Positions 38,301 to 49,500 of a stretch of DNA of 64,000 bases are shown piece by piece. A model generated the notes under the pieces. The model saw only the letters and a program-made list of their open reading frames with translations. It was not told the origin of the DNA and made no database searches. This DNA is from Camelus dromedarius (Eukaryota). Within the stretch, counting starts at the first letter, position 1; the number at the start of each line of letters is the position of its first letter. The position numbers and the translations under genes were made by a program. Where the stretch lies: assembly GCF_036321535.1 (NCBI RefSeq), contig NC_087437.1:72666001-72730000 (forward strand), in the 5' to 3' direction.

Positions 38301-41300
38301 TTGGAAGCTCAATAGATGTTCACAGGCAAGAAGGGAGAAAAAAGAAGAGAGGGAGAGAACAGTCTCTAAGCACAATGCCCAGCAGGTGGAAATGCTAAAG
38401 AAGTGATGGCTGCATTAAAAAGAAGGTGCATTTTTCTTTCTCTTTTTGGCTTACTTCACTTAGAATGATGATCTCCAGGTCCATGGATATTGCTGCAAAT
38501 GGCATTATACTCCATTTAAAGTTATAAAATATTGGCTATATGCCCTGTGTTGTACAATATATCCTTATATCTTATTTATTTTCTACATAGCGTTTGTAAC
38601 TCTATTAATCCACTACCCGTATCTTGCCCGTCTTCCATGCCTCTCCCTACTGGTAACCACTAGTTCATTCTCTGTATCTGTCAGCCTGTTTCTGTTTTGT
38701 TACGTTCGTTTGTTTTATTTTTTTTAAGATTCCACATATAAGTACTAACATATAGTATTTGTCTTTTTCTGGCTGACTTATTTCACTAAGCATAATATCC
38801 TCCAGGTTCATCTATGTTGTTGCAAATCGGAAAATTTTGTTCTTTTGTATGGCTAAGTAATAGTCCATTATGTATATATACCACATCTTTATCCAGTCAT
38901 CTGGTGATGGACATTTAGGTTGTTTCCATGTCTTGGCTGCTGTAAATAGTGCTGCTGTAAACATTGGGGTGCATGTGTCTTTTCTAATTATTTTTTTCTC
39001 TGGATATATGGTTTATTGTACAGAAATTATATCACAATAAAATTGCCTTAAAAGTATTTTTTTAAAAAAGGTGTAACTTATGTAAACAGCAGGAAGCAGC
39101 CTCCCTGTGTGATCCATGCCAGGTCACATTAGCCCCGGGCAGCGTAGTGAGGCTGTGGAGCGTGGGGAAGCGGCAGGAGGCCTGAGCACCTCTCCTACAT
39201 TTGTTCTTTTGACTTATGAAACCAAGTCCCCTTAAAACCGACCTTCTCTGCCAACTTCATGACTAACGTCTCTATCCAAAATTTATTCCTTCTCTTGTCC
39301 CACGCCTGCTCACCTCAAGATGAAGGAGTATTAAAGAAAAGGGGGTATGAAAACCAAGCAGGAACCTATGGGCCCCTCCTGGGTAGAAAAACCTTTCCAT
39401 GTTCCTCATTTCTTGTTTGTAGGAAAAGGACTTCGACCTCCCAGACCTTCCCTGAGTTCCAAAGAGCAGATTCAGACTGCTACTAATTAGGGAAGTGAGG
39501 GGATGCAGAAACAAATGAAAAGCAGTCAAGAAACAATAGTGCAGCAATAAAGCGGGTTTCTAGTTCCTCCTCAAAGGATGTACATGACCATCTGATACAT
39601 CTCTCTTCTACAAGAAGTAAGGCCCCCACCCAGGTGGAGGACAGTGACGAGGCTGAGCACAAGCAAGTGGACCTCAGACTGGTTAGAACCAGAGGCTAAT
39701 GGCTGGGATTCCTGAAACACAGCCCTGTTACCTCACCACCAACCAATTAGAAGAAAGTCACACACACTGCAGCCCTCTTCCAAAAATGTGCCTTTAAAAA
39801 TTCTTCCCTGCAGACCATCAGAGATTTGTGGTCTTTTGAGCACAAGCTGCCTTTCTCCTTGCTTGGTCCTTAATATAAACCTTTCTCTGCTCCAAACACT
39901 GACATTTCGATTTGTTTGGCCTCACTGTTTGTCAGGCACATGAACTTGGTCTGGACAAGCTTTGTGACCTTGGACAAATCACCTTTCTTTACTAGGACCC
40001 TTGTATAAAGCAATAGTAGTTTTCATCTCTGATTTTACCAGGAATGTAATTCTTAGATTTTCTTTTTCCCTGTAGATTCTTTAAAATTTGAATGAAAGTG
40101 TGAACAAAAAATACTGCAAGTCATATCAGTAAACAAAGAATGCTGTGGCCCTCAAGTCGTCAGCCACTACTGCCACCTCCGACAGTGAGCTGGGGGACTC
40201 AGATGCAGACAAGCAGGCAGCCTGGCCTCTGCAGCCACCCCTGCAACAGTGCACCCTGAGATATGTGAAAGCACAGGATTCTGGCCCTGGATAGTTGGTG
40301 TGTATCAAAGGAAGGGTTTCATTGAGCCCAGACCTTTGCATCTTCCCGTGCATAGAAAAGCACTAAATTCCTTAACTTAAGCTATCTGGTTTTCTTTAAT
40401 TAACAGTAATCTATGATGTTCTAACTACCTGGTCTTTGTTGCAAAAACTCCTGTGTATCCTGGCTCTTCCCTTACCTCTGCAGAGCAGTCCCTCAGAGCA
40501 ATCTGAGAGGCTGTCATCCCAGGCTCGAGGGGTTCAAGTCCTCAGAAACGTCCACCGAATAAAACATAACTCTCAACCTTTCTGTTGCGCATTTCATTTC
40601 CGTCGACAAAACCCGAGACTTCTACTTAGAAGCACATATATCCTTCTTCTATCAGTAAGTTCTCAAGGGGTTAACAATGCAAGAGAGGTCAGTTTAGCCT
40701 TCAGCAAGATTATGTTTATCTCACTCTGAGCTCAGCCCAGTGCACAAGCCACACAAGGTCTCCCTGATGAGCTGTGCACCTCATTTCTGTTAAAAAGAAA
40801 TCACAAGCCCCAAATGGAGTCACTTACTCCCATGACCGACTGCAGACCAAGACTTAATTGCAATTTCAGTCTCTCCCAGGAATGTGACCTTTAAACAGAC
40901 AATTGGAAATGTCCAGATCAACTCTAGTGAAGTAATCTGCATGATAAAGAGCCCTGCTGCTCCCTACCCCCAAAAGAAGATGGCCTGTCCCTGAACAATC
41001 CTTTCTTTTCTTTCACTATTGTGCTTCCTTGCCCCACCCTCCTGCCTAAAAAAATGGTCCATTTCACACACCCACTCAGAGTGCCCTTTTATTTACTAGA
41101 TGGGATGTTACGGACTCATGAGCCATTGAATAAAGCCAGTTAGATCTACAACCAACTAGATTTGCTTGGTTGAATTTTTGTTTTTTAACATTTCTCAAGG
41201 CCACCTTCCATGCCCAAATTTCTTGTGTCAAAACTAACCTCTCTTGTTTAATTGAAAAATTCTCACTTTTTCATAAATTTCTCAGTTTTCCTTTGCTCAG

Positions 41301-44300
41301 ACTGGTCTGTCTTCCTGAAATGCCCTTGTCTGATTCTCACACAATCAACAAATTACCTCTACACAGTGATGTCCCAAAACTGTACATAGAAATGCTAGGG
41401 TAGTGCAAACATATCAGTTCAGGGCTAGCAGAGAACTGATGGGAAATAAGTTGGCCTGTTCTGGGTTGGGATTGTGTGTAATTTTGTGTTTCTTAGTTGC
41501 TTATTGGCTTGACTTCCCATACTAGTCTGTAAAGACAGAGTCTTTCTTGTCTATTGCTCTATCCGGAGCCTGTCATGGGGCTCAGTTCATAGTGGGCCCT
41601 CCCAAGATGTGTCTAAGGAATTTTCAGGAACCAGTTCATGAAGCCTTATCTAGACTCTATCCCTGAGCGGGTCAGATGTCTCCCTTCTGTGATTGCAAAG
41701 TAATTGCTCAAGTGAAAAAAAAAAGGAAGAAAGAAAAAAAATCAACTCACATTCCCTCTCCAGCACCAAACTGTGAGTTTTTTGAAAGTAGAAAGTGCAT
41801 CTGTGAGCTTTTTGAAAGTAGGAGACGCATCTTGATATGCCTAATGTCTTACACTGGGCCACGAAAAATATAGGTGATCAATTTATATATTGATTTATAT
41901 ATTGATATTATAAGTGACCTGAACAGCTCAAGACAAAATTCATTAATCCTTTGCCTATAAATCTGGCTTTCCAACCAAATTTCCATATCCTTGAGAGTAC
42001 ACATACCTTGCATCAAATATATTAAGATGCATAAGGTGAGAAGCCCAGCATGAATCAATAAATACTATAGTTCCTGAGCTGCACAGGTAAGTGCTCTCTA
42101 AGGAAGAACTCAGTTATGACTCCTATCCAAAAGGATCAATAAGATTGACAAAAATGTAATCCATTGGATAGACAGAAATACAAAAACGAGAGACAGGCGC
42201 AGGAGTAAAATGAAGCTCAGGGAGCTGGAAATCCAAGGTTGCCTAGGAACAGGCAGTGGGTGGATGAGGAAATACAACAGCCTAGCATTCCATTCATTTT
42301 TTTTTTTTAAGCTAAAAATGCATTACATTTCTGAACCAGTCAAAGCTCCCAAGCATTCTCATCCTATTCCCCATCTCTGCTCCTCTGGGAAGAGAGCACT
42401 GGTGGCAAAAGAAGAAATAAGAACGACCATTCGGGTTTCTTCCTCCTTAAAACCTCAACAGTTTTGAAAATGGCTATCAGTCAGGGAAATAAGAAAATTC
42501 TACCAGACACCCCCCAGGGGCAGATTGAGCCTGCCTTGCTGAGCAGAACCCACAGGGCAAACCCTAACCCCAAAGGCACACGGATTTAACTCACTGATGT
42601 AGAGCCACAGCAGTGTCCAGGCTGTGACCGCTAGGATGAAGAGAAACACCGTGAAGAGGATGATTTTGTTTTGGACGTTCCAGAAGGGAGCTTTCTTCTT
42701 GAGCTGCTTCTTGGGTTTGGCTTTGCCGATGGGCTTTCTTGGTGGTCGTCTCCCTGGTGGCCTCCCTTGGGCACTGACCACCTGAACTGAGATATTGGAT
42801 ATCTTCCAAAAAATAAAAGAGTTATCAATCAGAAGCAGTCTAGAGCTGAAATGCAACCACCCCGGCAGGAGAATCTTAGTGCTGAAAGGCCTAAATGAGT
42901 CAGTCAAGTTATTTATGTAAGCGTCCTAAATTGACTTGCATTGAATCACATAGTGAAGATCAATCAGAGAAAAAAGACATTGTATGAACTCTAGTGAAAT
43001 GGTTCCCAAGTCCTTTCCTCAACTCTCTAACTCCACTACATAGATGCTGTAGAGGATAGTCCTGAATTTTATGGAGTGTAGACCAGAGGACCTGAAGATC
43101 CCAAGGTTAGGCTCCTATGTGGCTCGAGTCATGCGTGCACAGCTCTGGGGATGTATGCACTTGTATCATATAGCTTTTCTCCCACAATCAGTGTCTTCTG
43201 GGCTGAGGCAGGATTGAAAGTAAGAACATAAGTGAGTTCCTCAGAGAAATGAGTTGATTTCCTAATTAGGGTTTCCTGACCTGGTGGTAAGAAGAAAACG
43301 TTAAGGAAGATGCTCTGGTTTGTGTAGGGCTGTAGGACAGGGATCAAAGGGCTTATTTCACTGTTGCCTCACGTGCATGTACTTCAAAGCCAGCCACCGA
43401 ACTGATTGTGACTCGGGTTCTCAATTACAAATGAAAGAATGATTGAAAAATAAAGACTGAAACAGAAGCCTCAGATTAGAAAATTACTGGTATTATTGCA
43501 CTGATGTGCAAAGTGTTCTGTGCGACAGGAAAAAAAATACATTATTTAACTGTTTCCCCCTTCTTTTTTTTTCTTCTCTACCCTCTGTCATTTGATGCTG
43601 TAAATTCTTCAATAATGTAAGCGAGAGTTTAGCTTCTTTGAAGGAGAGATTTAGACATGTCAGGGTAACTAAGCTTCAGTGACGGAACAACTCTTAACCA
43701 CACATTCTTTTAAAGGCCAGAATCTAGAACACCAGTTCCAAAGAAATCATCTCTCTTTGGCGCTCTCCTCTAAGAGTTGCCTCATTCTCTATTACTCTCC
43801 TTCACTGTTCCCAACAAAGCACATATCTTCCCATCTTTAATCCTACCAATGAATGGGCTAATATGTGGCCAAGTACATTCTCAGTTATTCATGGCTCCCT
43901 CATTCTTTTTGCCAAACACCTTTGTCCACCCCTGGAGCAAAACGTAGCTTCTATCCCTCCTGGTGAAATTGAACTAGACCAGACCTCATTTAATGCGCTT
44001 CCCTGTAGGAGTAAGGGTGCTGTTTCTGAAGAGAAAAACATTCTGTTGGAGGATGAGTTGACTGCGGTGTCAAGTTACTTTCAAACATTCCCCCAAAGAA
44101 GTAAAAAAAGGGAAACACAGAAATGCTAGCCCATGTAGGACCGACAAGGCCGAGGTTGGGTCTTTAAGCACAGTAACACATTATACTTTATACACTTTAA
44201 GCTCAGTCTCGGTTAGCCCTGATTAAATTTTAAAATGGAATTTGTGTAGAGATCAGCACAATTACCCTGGAGTTTTAGAAAAACAGCTGCAAATCAATTG

Positions 44301-44527
44301 CCAAGTAAGCACTTTAAAACAAGCTCACATTCGTAAACTCCATTAAGTACCAAAGGAAGATACAGTATTTTATTCTTGTTCCCTTTTATTTTTATAAAGT
44401 AACCCAGTCTCATTTTACTAACAGGGTCAACAAGAAATGGAATTTGAGTAACAGAGAAGGCGTCTCACTCTGTACTTACATTCACATCAGCAGGTTTTGA
44501 TGAAACATCACTGTTTCCTTTGTCCAT
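1240..44527 (-). CDS. TMPRSS7: TMPRSS7 (matriptase-3), type II transmembrane serine protease; coding exons 1-16, 3' end outside window
   Basis: 16 GT-AG exons join into one open frame (2179 nt, phases consistent): cytoplasmic tail, TM, SEA, CUB1, CUB2, 3x LDLRA, R|IIGG activation site, and trypsin domain with AAHC (His) and DYDIALL (Asp). Matches recalled matriptase-3 protein. Confidence 0.97.
2676..3445 (+). mobile_element. ERV LTR, MER21-like
   Basis: Begins tgtgatactgtggttcataacaagaaat; internal motifs recalled from the MER21 family; ends approximate. Confidence 0.6.
3840..4011 (-). CDS. TMPRSS7: TMPRSS7 exon 15 (activation site and catalytic His), 172 nt
   Basis: ctcctaaag acceptor; [56 protein letters not shown]; donor gtgggg. 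Confidence 0.96.
4615..5075 (+). mobile_element. L1 5'UTR fragment (cetartiodactyl-type)
   Basis: aagagggcgcagtag...agctcacctcctctcac resembles the aagatggcggagtag start of artiodactyl L1 5' ends. Confidence 0.6.
5090..6935 (+). mobile_element. L1 ORF2 3' half, 3'UTR and poly(A) signal; contains (TATC)n at about 6413-6450
   Basis: Degenerate ORF2 peptides ([26 protein letters not shown]); ends cttcaataaaaa. Confidence 0.93.
6980..8809 (+). mobile_element. L1 ORF2 5' half (endonuclease to reverse transcriptase), degenerate
   Basis: [16 protein letters not shown]...[16 protein letters not shown] and YRPISL motifs; many frameshifts and stops. Confidence 0.92.
8806..8845 (-). mobile_element. 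Truncated head of a tRNA-derived SINE
   Basis: Reverse complement gggtgaaggtatagctcagtggcagagtgcatgcctag matches the A-box head of the full SINEs at 26081 and 62241. Confidence 0.7.
11210..11830 (+). promoter_or_regulatory. CpG island / GC-box promoter of the CD200-like module
   Basis: Sharp rise in GC and CpG in an otherwise AT-rich intron; two GGGGCGGGG Sp1-type boxes (11224-11232, 11248-11256); TG-rich microsatellite just upstream. Confidence 0.8.
11379..11390 (+). CDS. CD200-like exon 1 coding part (MERL)
   Basis: gagcgaggATGGAGAGGCTG|gtgagc: strong Kozak context and canonical donor inside a CpG island. Confidence 0.8.
13501..13582 (+). CDS. CD200-like signal-peptide exon ([27 protein letters not shown]), 82 nt
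   Basis: Long polypyrimidine tract ending tcttcag, open frame, CAAG|gtaaag donor; phase 0 to phase 1. Confidence 0.85.
14148..14290 (-). mobile_element. Short L1 3'-end insertion
   Basis: ttttattgaaatatagtcagttacaatg...tagttccctgtgctac; same family as 45140-45355 and the end of 57149-57875. Confidence 0.7.
15258..16231 (+). mobile_element. L1 ORF2 fragments with internal deletion
   Basis: ORF 15531-15995 ([27 protein letters not shown]...[14 protein letters not shown]) is canonical L1 ORF2. Confidence 0.93.
16582..16698 (-). CDS. TMPRSS7: TMPRSS7 exon 14 (LDLRA3), 117 nt
   Basis: tttttag acceptor; [38 protein letters not shown]; donor gtgagt. Confidence 0.95.
17266..17316. repeat. (CA)n microsatellite
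   Basis: About 25 uninterrupted CA units. Confidence 0.95.
17527..17637 (-). CDS. TMPRSS7: TMPRSS7 exon 13 (LDLRA2), 111 nt
   Basis: gttccag acceptor; [36 protein letters not shown]; donor gtgagg. Confidence 0.93.
19183..19290 (-). CDS. TMPRSS7: TMPRSS7 exon 12 (LDLRA1), 108 nt
   Basis: ctctag acceptor; [35 protein letters not shown]; donor gtgggt. Confidence 0.95.
20032..20365 (+). mobile_element. MaLR LTR (MLT1A/MST-like)
   Basis: gttgaaatcctaatgcc...gggattagtgcc...gacttccagcctccagagctgtgagaaagaaatttctgtt motifs. Confidence 0.75.
21200..21333 (-). CDS. TMPRSS7: TMPRSS7 exon 11 (CUB2 end), 134 nt
   Basis: tcctcag acceptor; [44 protein letters not shown]; donor gtaagc. Confidence 0.95.
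24457..24563 (-). CDS. TMPRSS7: TMPRSS7 exon 10 (CUB2), 107 nt
   Basis: ttcacag acceptor; [35 protein letters not shown]; donor gtaagt. Confidence 0.95.
26081..26213 (+). mobile_element. tRNA-derived SINE (camelid vic-1-like)
   Basis: A box tagctcaagtgg, B box ggattcaatccc, (AAAT)n tail, imperfect TSD aaacaccacgaca/aaatatcacaaca. Confidence 0.85.
27256..27368 (-). CDS. TMPRSS7: TMPRSS7 exon 9 (CUB2), 113 nt
   Basis: tttttcag acceptor; [37 protein letters not shown]; donor gtaacc. Confidence 0.95.
27708..27852. repeat. Perfect 70-bp direct duplication (period 75)
   Basis: 27708-27777 is identical to 27783-27852, separated by aaaaa. Confidence 0.95.
28610..29265. mobile_element. Old ERVL-type LTR (LTR33/LTR16-like)
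   Basis: ggctgggactctgcaaac and gtgatctctctcttcttactggacc motifs recalled from these families; boundaries approximate. Confidence 0.4.
29381..29511 (-). CDS. TMPRSS7: TMPRSS7 exon 8 (CUB1), 131 nt
   Basis: tttcag acceptor; [43 protein letters not shown]; donor gtaagt. Confidence 0.95.
30792..31020 (-). CDS. TMPRSS7: TMPRSS7 exon 7 (CUB1), 229 nt
   Basis: cttcacag acceptor; [75 protein letters not shown]; donor gtatca. Confidence 0.95.
31743..31781 (-). CDS. TMPRSS7: TMPRSS7 exon 6: 39-nt linker exon ([13 protein letters not shown])
   Basis: gatgcag acceptor, donor gtaaat; symmetric phase 1-1; matches recalled human linker. Confidence 0.88.
32637..33131 (+). mobile_element. MER2 (TcMar-Tigger) element interrupted by an L1 3' fragment (about 32736-32905)
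   Basis: Terminal inverted-repeat-like ends cctcagtatcc / ggatactgagg; the MER2 core resumes after the L1 tail. Confidence 0.75.
33216..33409 (-). CDS. TMPRSS7: TMPRSS7 exon 5 (SEA), 194 nt
   Basis: ctgtag acceptor; [64 protein letters not shown]; donor gtgatt. Confidence 0.95.
34493..34560 (-). CDS. TMPRSS7: TMPRSS7 exon 4 (SEA), 68 nt
   Basis: Poly-T cag acceptor; [22 protein letters not shown]; donor gtaatg. Confidence 0.95.
34985..35003 (+). promoter_or_regulatory. Candidate CTCF site
   Basis: gccactagagggcag matches the CCASYAGRKGGCR core. Confidence 0.6.
36915..37045 (-). CDS. TMPRSS7: TMPRSS7 exon 3: SEA domain start, 131 nt
   Basis: ttacag acceptor; [43 protein letters not shown]; donor gtgagg. 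Confidence 0.95.
37301..37772 (-). mobile_element. Solo ERV1-type LTR
   Basis: TG...CA termini, near-TSD gacc/gact, CCAAT box and poly(A)-like signal on the minus strand. Confidence 0.75.
38430..39010 (-). mobile_element. L1 3'-end fragments
   Basis: ttccacatataagt...gatggacatttaggttgtttccatgtcttggct is typical reverse-strand L1 3' sequence. Confidence 0.85.
39345..39957 (+). mobile_element. Solo ERV1-type LTR, related to 37301-37772
   Basis: Shares its 3' part (taaacctttctctgctccaaac...ggcctcac...ggcacatgaact) with the reverse complement of the 37.3-kb LTR. Confidence 0.7.
40100..40608 (+). mobile_element. Solo LTR
   Basis: TG...CA ends; AATAAA at about 40558 followed by U5-like sequence. 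Confidence 0.6.
40788..41190 (+). mobile_element. Solo LTR
   Basis: tgttaaaaa...ttttttaaca inverted termini, TSD tttc, AATAAA at about 41129. Confidence 0.7.
42595..42802 (-). CDS. TMPRSS7: TMPRSS7 exon 2: basic cytoplasmic tail and transmembrane helix, 208 nt
   Basis: ttttttggaag acceptor; [12 protein letters not shown]...[24 protein letters not shown]; donor gtgagt. Confidence 0.95.
44480..44527 (-). CDS. TMPRSS7: TMPRSS7 coding exon 1 ([16 protein letters not shown]), 48 nt
   Basis: aaaATGG Kozak context, 16 codons, donor gtaagt; resembles human MDKENSDVSAAPADLK. Confidence 0.9.
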
Positions 44528-45139
44528 TTTTAGGTGTTGTGTTCTGCATGTGAACTTCTAGAGGTGCCTCAAAGCCAGTTCTCACCCCCTCACATTCTCG
44601 CTTGAGAAGGATGGGCTCCCACATGCAAGCTAGCTTTCAGAGGCAAGGAATCAATTTACCTCCGCCGGGTCCAGTTCAGAAACTGAGCTGCCTCGTTGCT
44701 ATACAATGAATGTTAAAGGGACCTAGCAGTCAGCTTTGCATACCCAAACTAAAGATTTCTGAACGTTACTCTAATGTGAGTTAGTCCTCTCAGAACCCAG
44801 CCTCAAGGCAAGGTTGCCTCACAAGGACACAGTCCAACATCCCTCAAATATTTACAAGTCATTTAAATTTTTGCCTGCATCTACTCAAGAATATTAAAAA
44901 ATCTAATTCCTAACCCTCAGTGATGCTTCTTAGAAAGCCCCACACTGCACAGGGGTCGGGGCTGAAATGGGTGAAGGGGTCACTTGCATGGTGGAGGATG
45001 GTAACTAGACTTAGGGAGGTGATCACTTTGGGGTGTATATAAATATCAATTTATAATGTTGCATGCCTGAAATTTATATAATGTTTCAAACCAATTTTAC
45101 CTCAATAAGAAAAAAAGAAACCTCCACATCCCCATTTCT

Positions 45140-45355
45140 TTTTTTTTTTTTCAATTCTTATGTTTTATTGACATAGTGTATTTACAATGTTAGTTTCAGG
45201 TATACAGCAAAGCGACTCAGTTATATATATACATACATATGTATACATATATTTTTTTCAGATTCTTTTCCATTATGGCTCATTACAAGAAATTGAAAAT
45301 AGTTCCCTGCGCTACACAGTATGTGCTTATTATTTATCTATTTTATATATAGTAA
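45140..45355 (-). mobile_element. 5'-truncated L1 tail with TSD
   Basis: Poly-T head; TSD ccacatccccatttct / ccacacccccatttct. Confidence 0.8.
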
Positions 45356-46076
45356 TGCCCACACCCCCATTTCTCTTGCTCACATCTCCTGCCTGTTCCA
45401 GAAGCTTCACTCTCCAGTTCTGCTCTCAACTTTCCAGCTACACTCTGTGAAAATCCGTCTCCAATAGGTTTTTTCCCCCCTTTTTTCTCTGCCTCCTCTT
45501 GCAGTCCTCAGTAACCCAGGCCCCTTCTGATGAAAGTCCCCTGTTCCCATCTCTCCTGCTCTTCCTGTGTCAACCTGCATTAGGTTCAAGGGCAGGAAGA
45601 GGAGAGTAACCGTGAGGGGTTGCTGTCAGGACCTTCCTCAGCAGACAGGGGTGGGAAAGGCCCACACACTGCACTTCTTGTCCCTGTGACACAGCCGGGC
45701 TTCCCTCTGGGCACTGGGCATCCGTGGAAAGCTGATCAATTGCACTTTAATGGAGAAACGCTGCTCTGCTGACCCCGACACAAACTCCATGCCATGCAAG
45801 GGCCAGTCATCAGGAAGCAAGGGAGAACCTATCTGCTGAAAGCCGTGGAAGGTGTCATGTTGTGTCATGTTGTATAGATTCACTTCCTGGCTTTGTTATT
45901 TATTAATAATACTAATAAAAATGACTAATAATGCTTTAGACTTTCTAATGACAAGATTGGGAAACTTAAAGATGAAGTCTTTTTTAGTTGCCCATCCTTT
46001 CTGTATTATTTCCCTTATTTCTAGAACTACTCATTTTGCCAGTATGAGTAAAATGTATGTCCTGGGCACTTTGCAC

Positions 46077-46500
46077 TGACAAAGACATCAAACTTCACAC
46101 AGGCTCCTCTGAGCCCGCTTTACCATCAGGTCTCATCCTTGGGCCCTGACGTCAGCTGCCTACCCAGCTGCAGTAAGAACCCTGCCGTCAGGTTAGAGAG
46201 GATCGATCCCCCCACCCTGATATCTGGGCAAGTTCCTCATCCTCTACTTTTGATGTGCAAATCCTTGGCCTGCCTTTAGCAAATCCCCCTGTATATAAAA
46301 AATACTTTATATTTTTTCTTAGTAATTTTCCATCTATTGGCCCCATCACTCTGCTTGTCTGCCATAAATCACCAGCTGTCTTTACTGTATTTGGAATTAG
46401 CAAATTTCTATTCTGAATCTCTTTCCCCTATTACACAAGTCCTGAGTAAAATCTGTCTTTCCAGCCTTTCACTAGTGTGTGTCTCTGTTTCTCTTTGACA
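46077..46500 (+). mobile_element. ERV1 LTR (MER31/MER67-like)
   Basis: tgacaaagac...ctctttgaca termini; agtaaa poly(A)-like signal. Confidence 0.6.
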
Positions 46501-49500
46501 CCAAGAATGGTGGGAACAGCAAATCACAGGAGGCTGCACTGTGTGCACAGAATTTAAAAGTAATCATAAAACCAACCACAGTCTACTATTTTATTATCAT
46601 CATTGGCCAGTAATTTAAAATTATGTCGGTGATAAAATACTCCTCTCTGAAAAAAAAAACAACTTTGGTGTAAGTTCAGACAATTGCTGCCTACAACCGA
46701 GTTTTAATAATATCTACATAAGCTTCAAATGAGCACATTTTAATTACTCATCATTTAATACATAAGGAATGTTATGTAGAAGTTAGCTAGAAGAACTCCT
46801 GTTGGTAGAGTTGGTCTCGTCTCACACACGAGAGGACCCTGGGACACAAGCTCATTTTGAGAGCACATTTCTCACAGTTTGGAATCATCTGAGCTTATCT
46901 GGGGGGATAGAATCTTTCTTCAAGAACCCCTGTGGGACAAGTACTCTTGCACTTAAACAAGAGAGACAGCAGAAGCAATAACAGCACAATGGTTGTACAG
47001 ATGAAGAAACAGAACTGCAGTTATTTCATTCCTGTTACTCCACGTGGCCATTTGGGATTTATTTATATTTAAAATAACTATACAGAGTGTGAACTGCAAT
47101 GTACAATATTTTGTATGCAACACTTATTCTGTTGAATTTATTTTTGCTTGTATAATTATACATACAAAATTGAATAAAATTTTTCACTGTATTTTTTCTA
47201 GACATTGTCGTTATTCATTTTGTTTCATGATTATTACTGAAAATGTGTTCATTGTGTCAAGACAAGTGTTGTAAAAAAGTGACTCCCTCCAGATGGGTAG
47301 ATACGGATAAATCAAGTATAGCAAATATTAATGGTGGAATCTGGATGTGGGTATATGCATTTACACTATAGAATTCTTCAGCTGTATGTTTGACATTTTT
47401 CTTGATAAAATGTGGAGGGAAAATGATCATCTCCAGAAGTCAAAACTCCAGATAAGCCTCTGGTTTTGAGAGGCAATAGCAAAGGAAGTGGGGGAACAAG
47501 ATAAAGGCTTGGTGAATGAGTTTGCAGTCATCTCCTTTTGCTTTTACTGGTGTGAAAGTTCTGGGGCAAAATCCTTTGAATTCCAGAACACATGGCCAAA
47601 GACAATCACAATGGCCAGGTGTAGTCTGGTGCTTCCAGTTACAAACAGCTTGAAAGACAGTGAAGAGGTTTCTGTTCCTTTCTGAGGAACAAAGGCCCCT
47701 GTGCTGAGGGAAGGGGGGCAGGTGTCTACCCACTGAGTGGATGGTGTGTGGTGACCTGGATCAGAGGCAAAACATCTCCCCATTGGAGTCTTAAGTGATG
47801 GTTAGGAGCACATAACTTACCCAATATACCAATACATCACATGAAAACATTTAAGATGCTTCAACCTTCTGTCCCAAAGGTGAGCCCAGCACATCTGAAG
47901 GCCTGGAGGAAGGGCCAAGTCATCCACCTCACATGAGCAAGGTTCTGAGCCCCTGGCATAGAAGGCACTTGGGAGTAGGGGTGACACTTCTGTCCTTGCC
48001 TAGCTGGAGGAGAGGCCAGCACTCCCGCCACAGATGAAGTTCATTTCTGCTACTTAGGATCCACTTTTCTCTGTTATGACAAATGGCCACGTACAAAGTC
48101 GCCATCTGATCACCACTCACCGCTGAGCAGTCTCTGCAGCGGGAAGTGGATCCTGAGGAAACACCAGGTTGTGCAGGAGCCTGGGAAGCCAGCCAGCTGT
48201 TTAACACTATTGCCCTTTGTCCTGTAATAAAATGACATGACAGTGATCCTAGCCTCTCTTTTCCTGCTGACTCACAGGGAGCCTGATCCTAATCCTTTGC
48301 ATCACATCACATGGATCTTTTTGAAAAATGAAATGACGTGGAGCATCTTAGAGAACCCCTAGATCTAGACTGTTGCAATATTCCCTTCACAGGTGTTCCT
48401 CCTCCAGGCTTATCCCTCACATGTGCACATCACTGCTAAATAAATCTTCCTAAAACAACTCTCTAATGGCACCTCCATCCTTAGCAATGGCAGCCTGGTC
48501 TCCTTTGGTTCTGTCCCCTTAGCCTGACCTTCAAGGTCTTCCTCCGTGTGCCACCAGGCTACCTTTTTGTGTCCTCCCGTCACATCTGCTAAATCTGCTC
48601 TGTCAAATCATGTGGTTTCAATCTTTAGCCATCCATTTATCCACCCACCCATCTGTTTACTCAACAGTTATTTCATGCCTACTATGTGACAGGTGCCAAT
48701 ATTTTTTTAATGAATAAAATATACCACTGCTCTTAAAAAGCTCTCAAGAGTCGGGGCAGACAGGCGAACCACTGACTACATTATGTAATAAGTGCTATCA
48801 AGAAGGTGTCAACAAAATGCCATGGAATCACAGAGGCTGCTATAAGCAGCCCTTTCTTCTAAATTTGTGCCCCAGTCCACAATACATTATTCAAATCCTA
48901 ACCCCTTTCAACACCCTACTTGTAGCTCTCTTGCCAGCATCTCCACCCAAGCCCACGGCACTCCTTTCTTCCTGCAACTCAAAATCTTTACTGTTCATAT
49001 CAGTACTTGACACTTAAATAATGTTATAATAATCTATCAAACACTGTCTTGTGGTCTCATGTTGTCTTGTTGGTTATTTAGCTTGTCATCTGTATATTCT
49101 GTCTCCAAGCTCCTTGATCACCTATTAACCTATTAAATCTGCAACATCCTTATTTGCAAGTAAAGTCATGTCCTGAGATTGTGGGAGGTAGGACTTACCT
49201 TCTCTTTTGGAATGACACAAGCCCATAACATCCTGGAGATCGGTAGGAATAGGGAGACCATTGGAGGCTCGTCATTCTCAACAGAGTGAACTTGCCTTTC
49301 CTGGACAGCATTGCAAAAATTCCACAGCCTGCGCATAGTCTGGGGCTGCTGCCGGTGGCATTCTAACCATATTATCTAGATGTTATCTTGAAACCTCGCC
49401 ATGCTCTTCTGACTCCTTTTCCCTCCACGGTGAGGAGGGTGAAGGATAGAGCCCTATGACTGAGTCATGGTCCAGGAGGAGCTGTTAGTACATAATCCAA

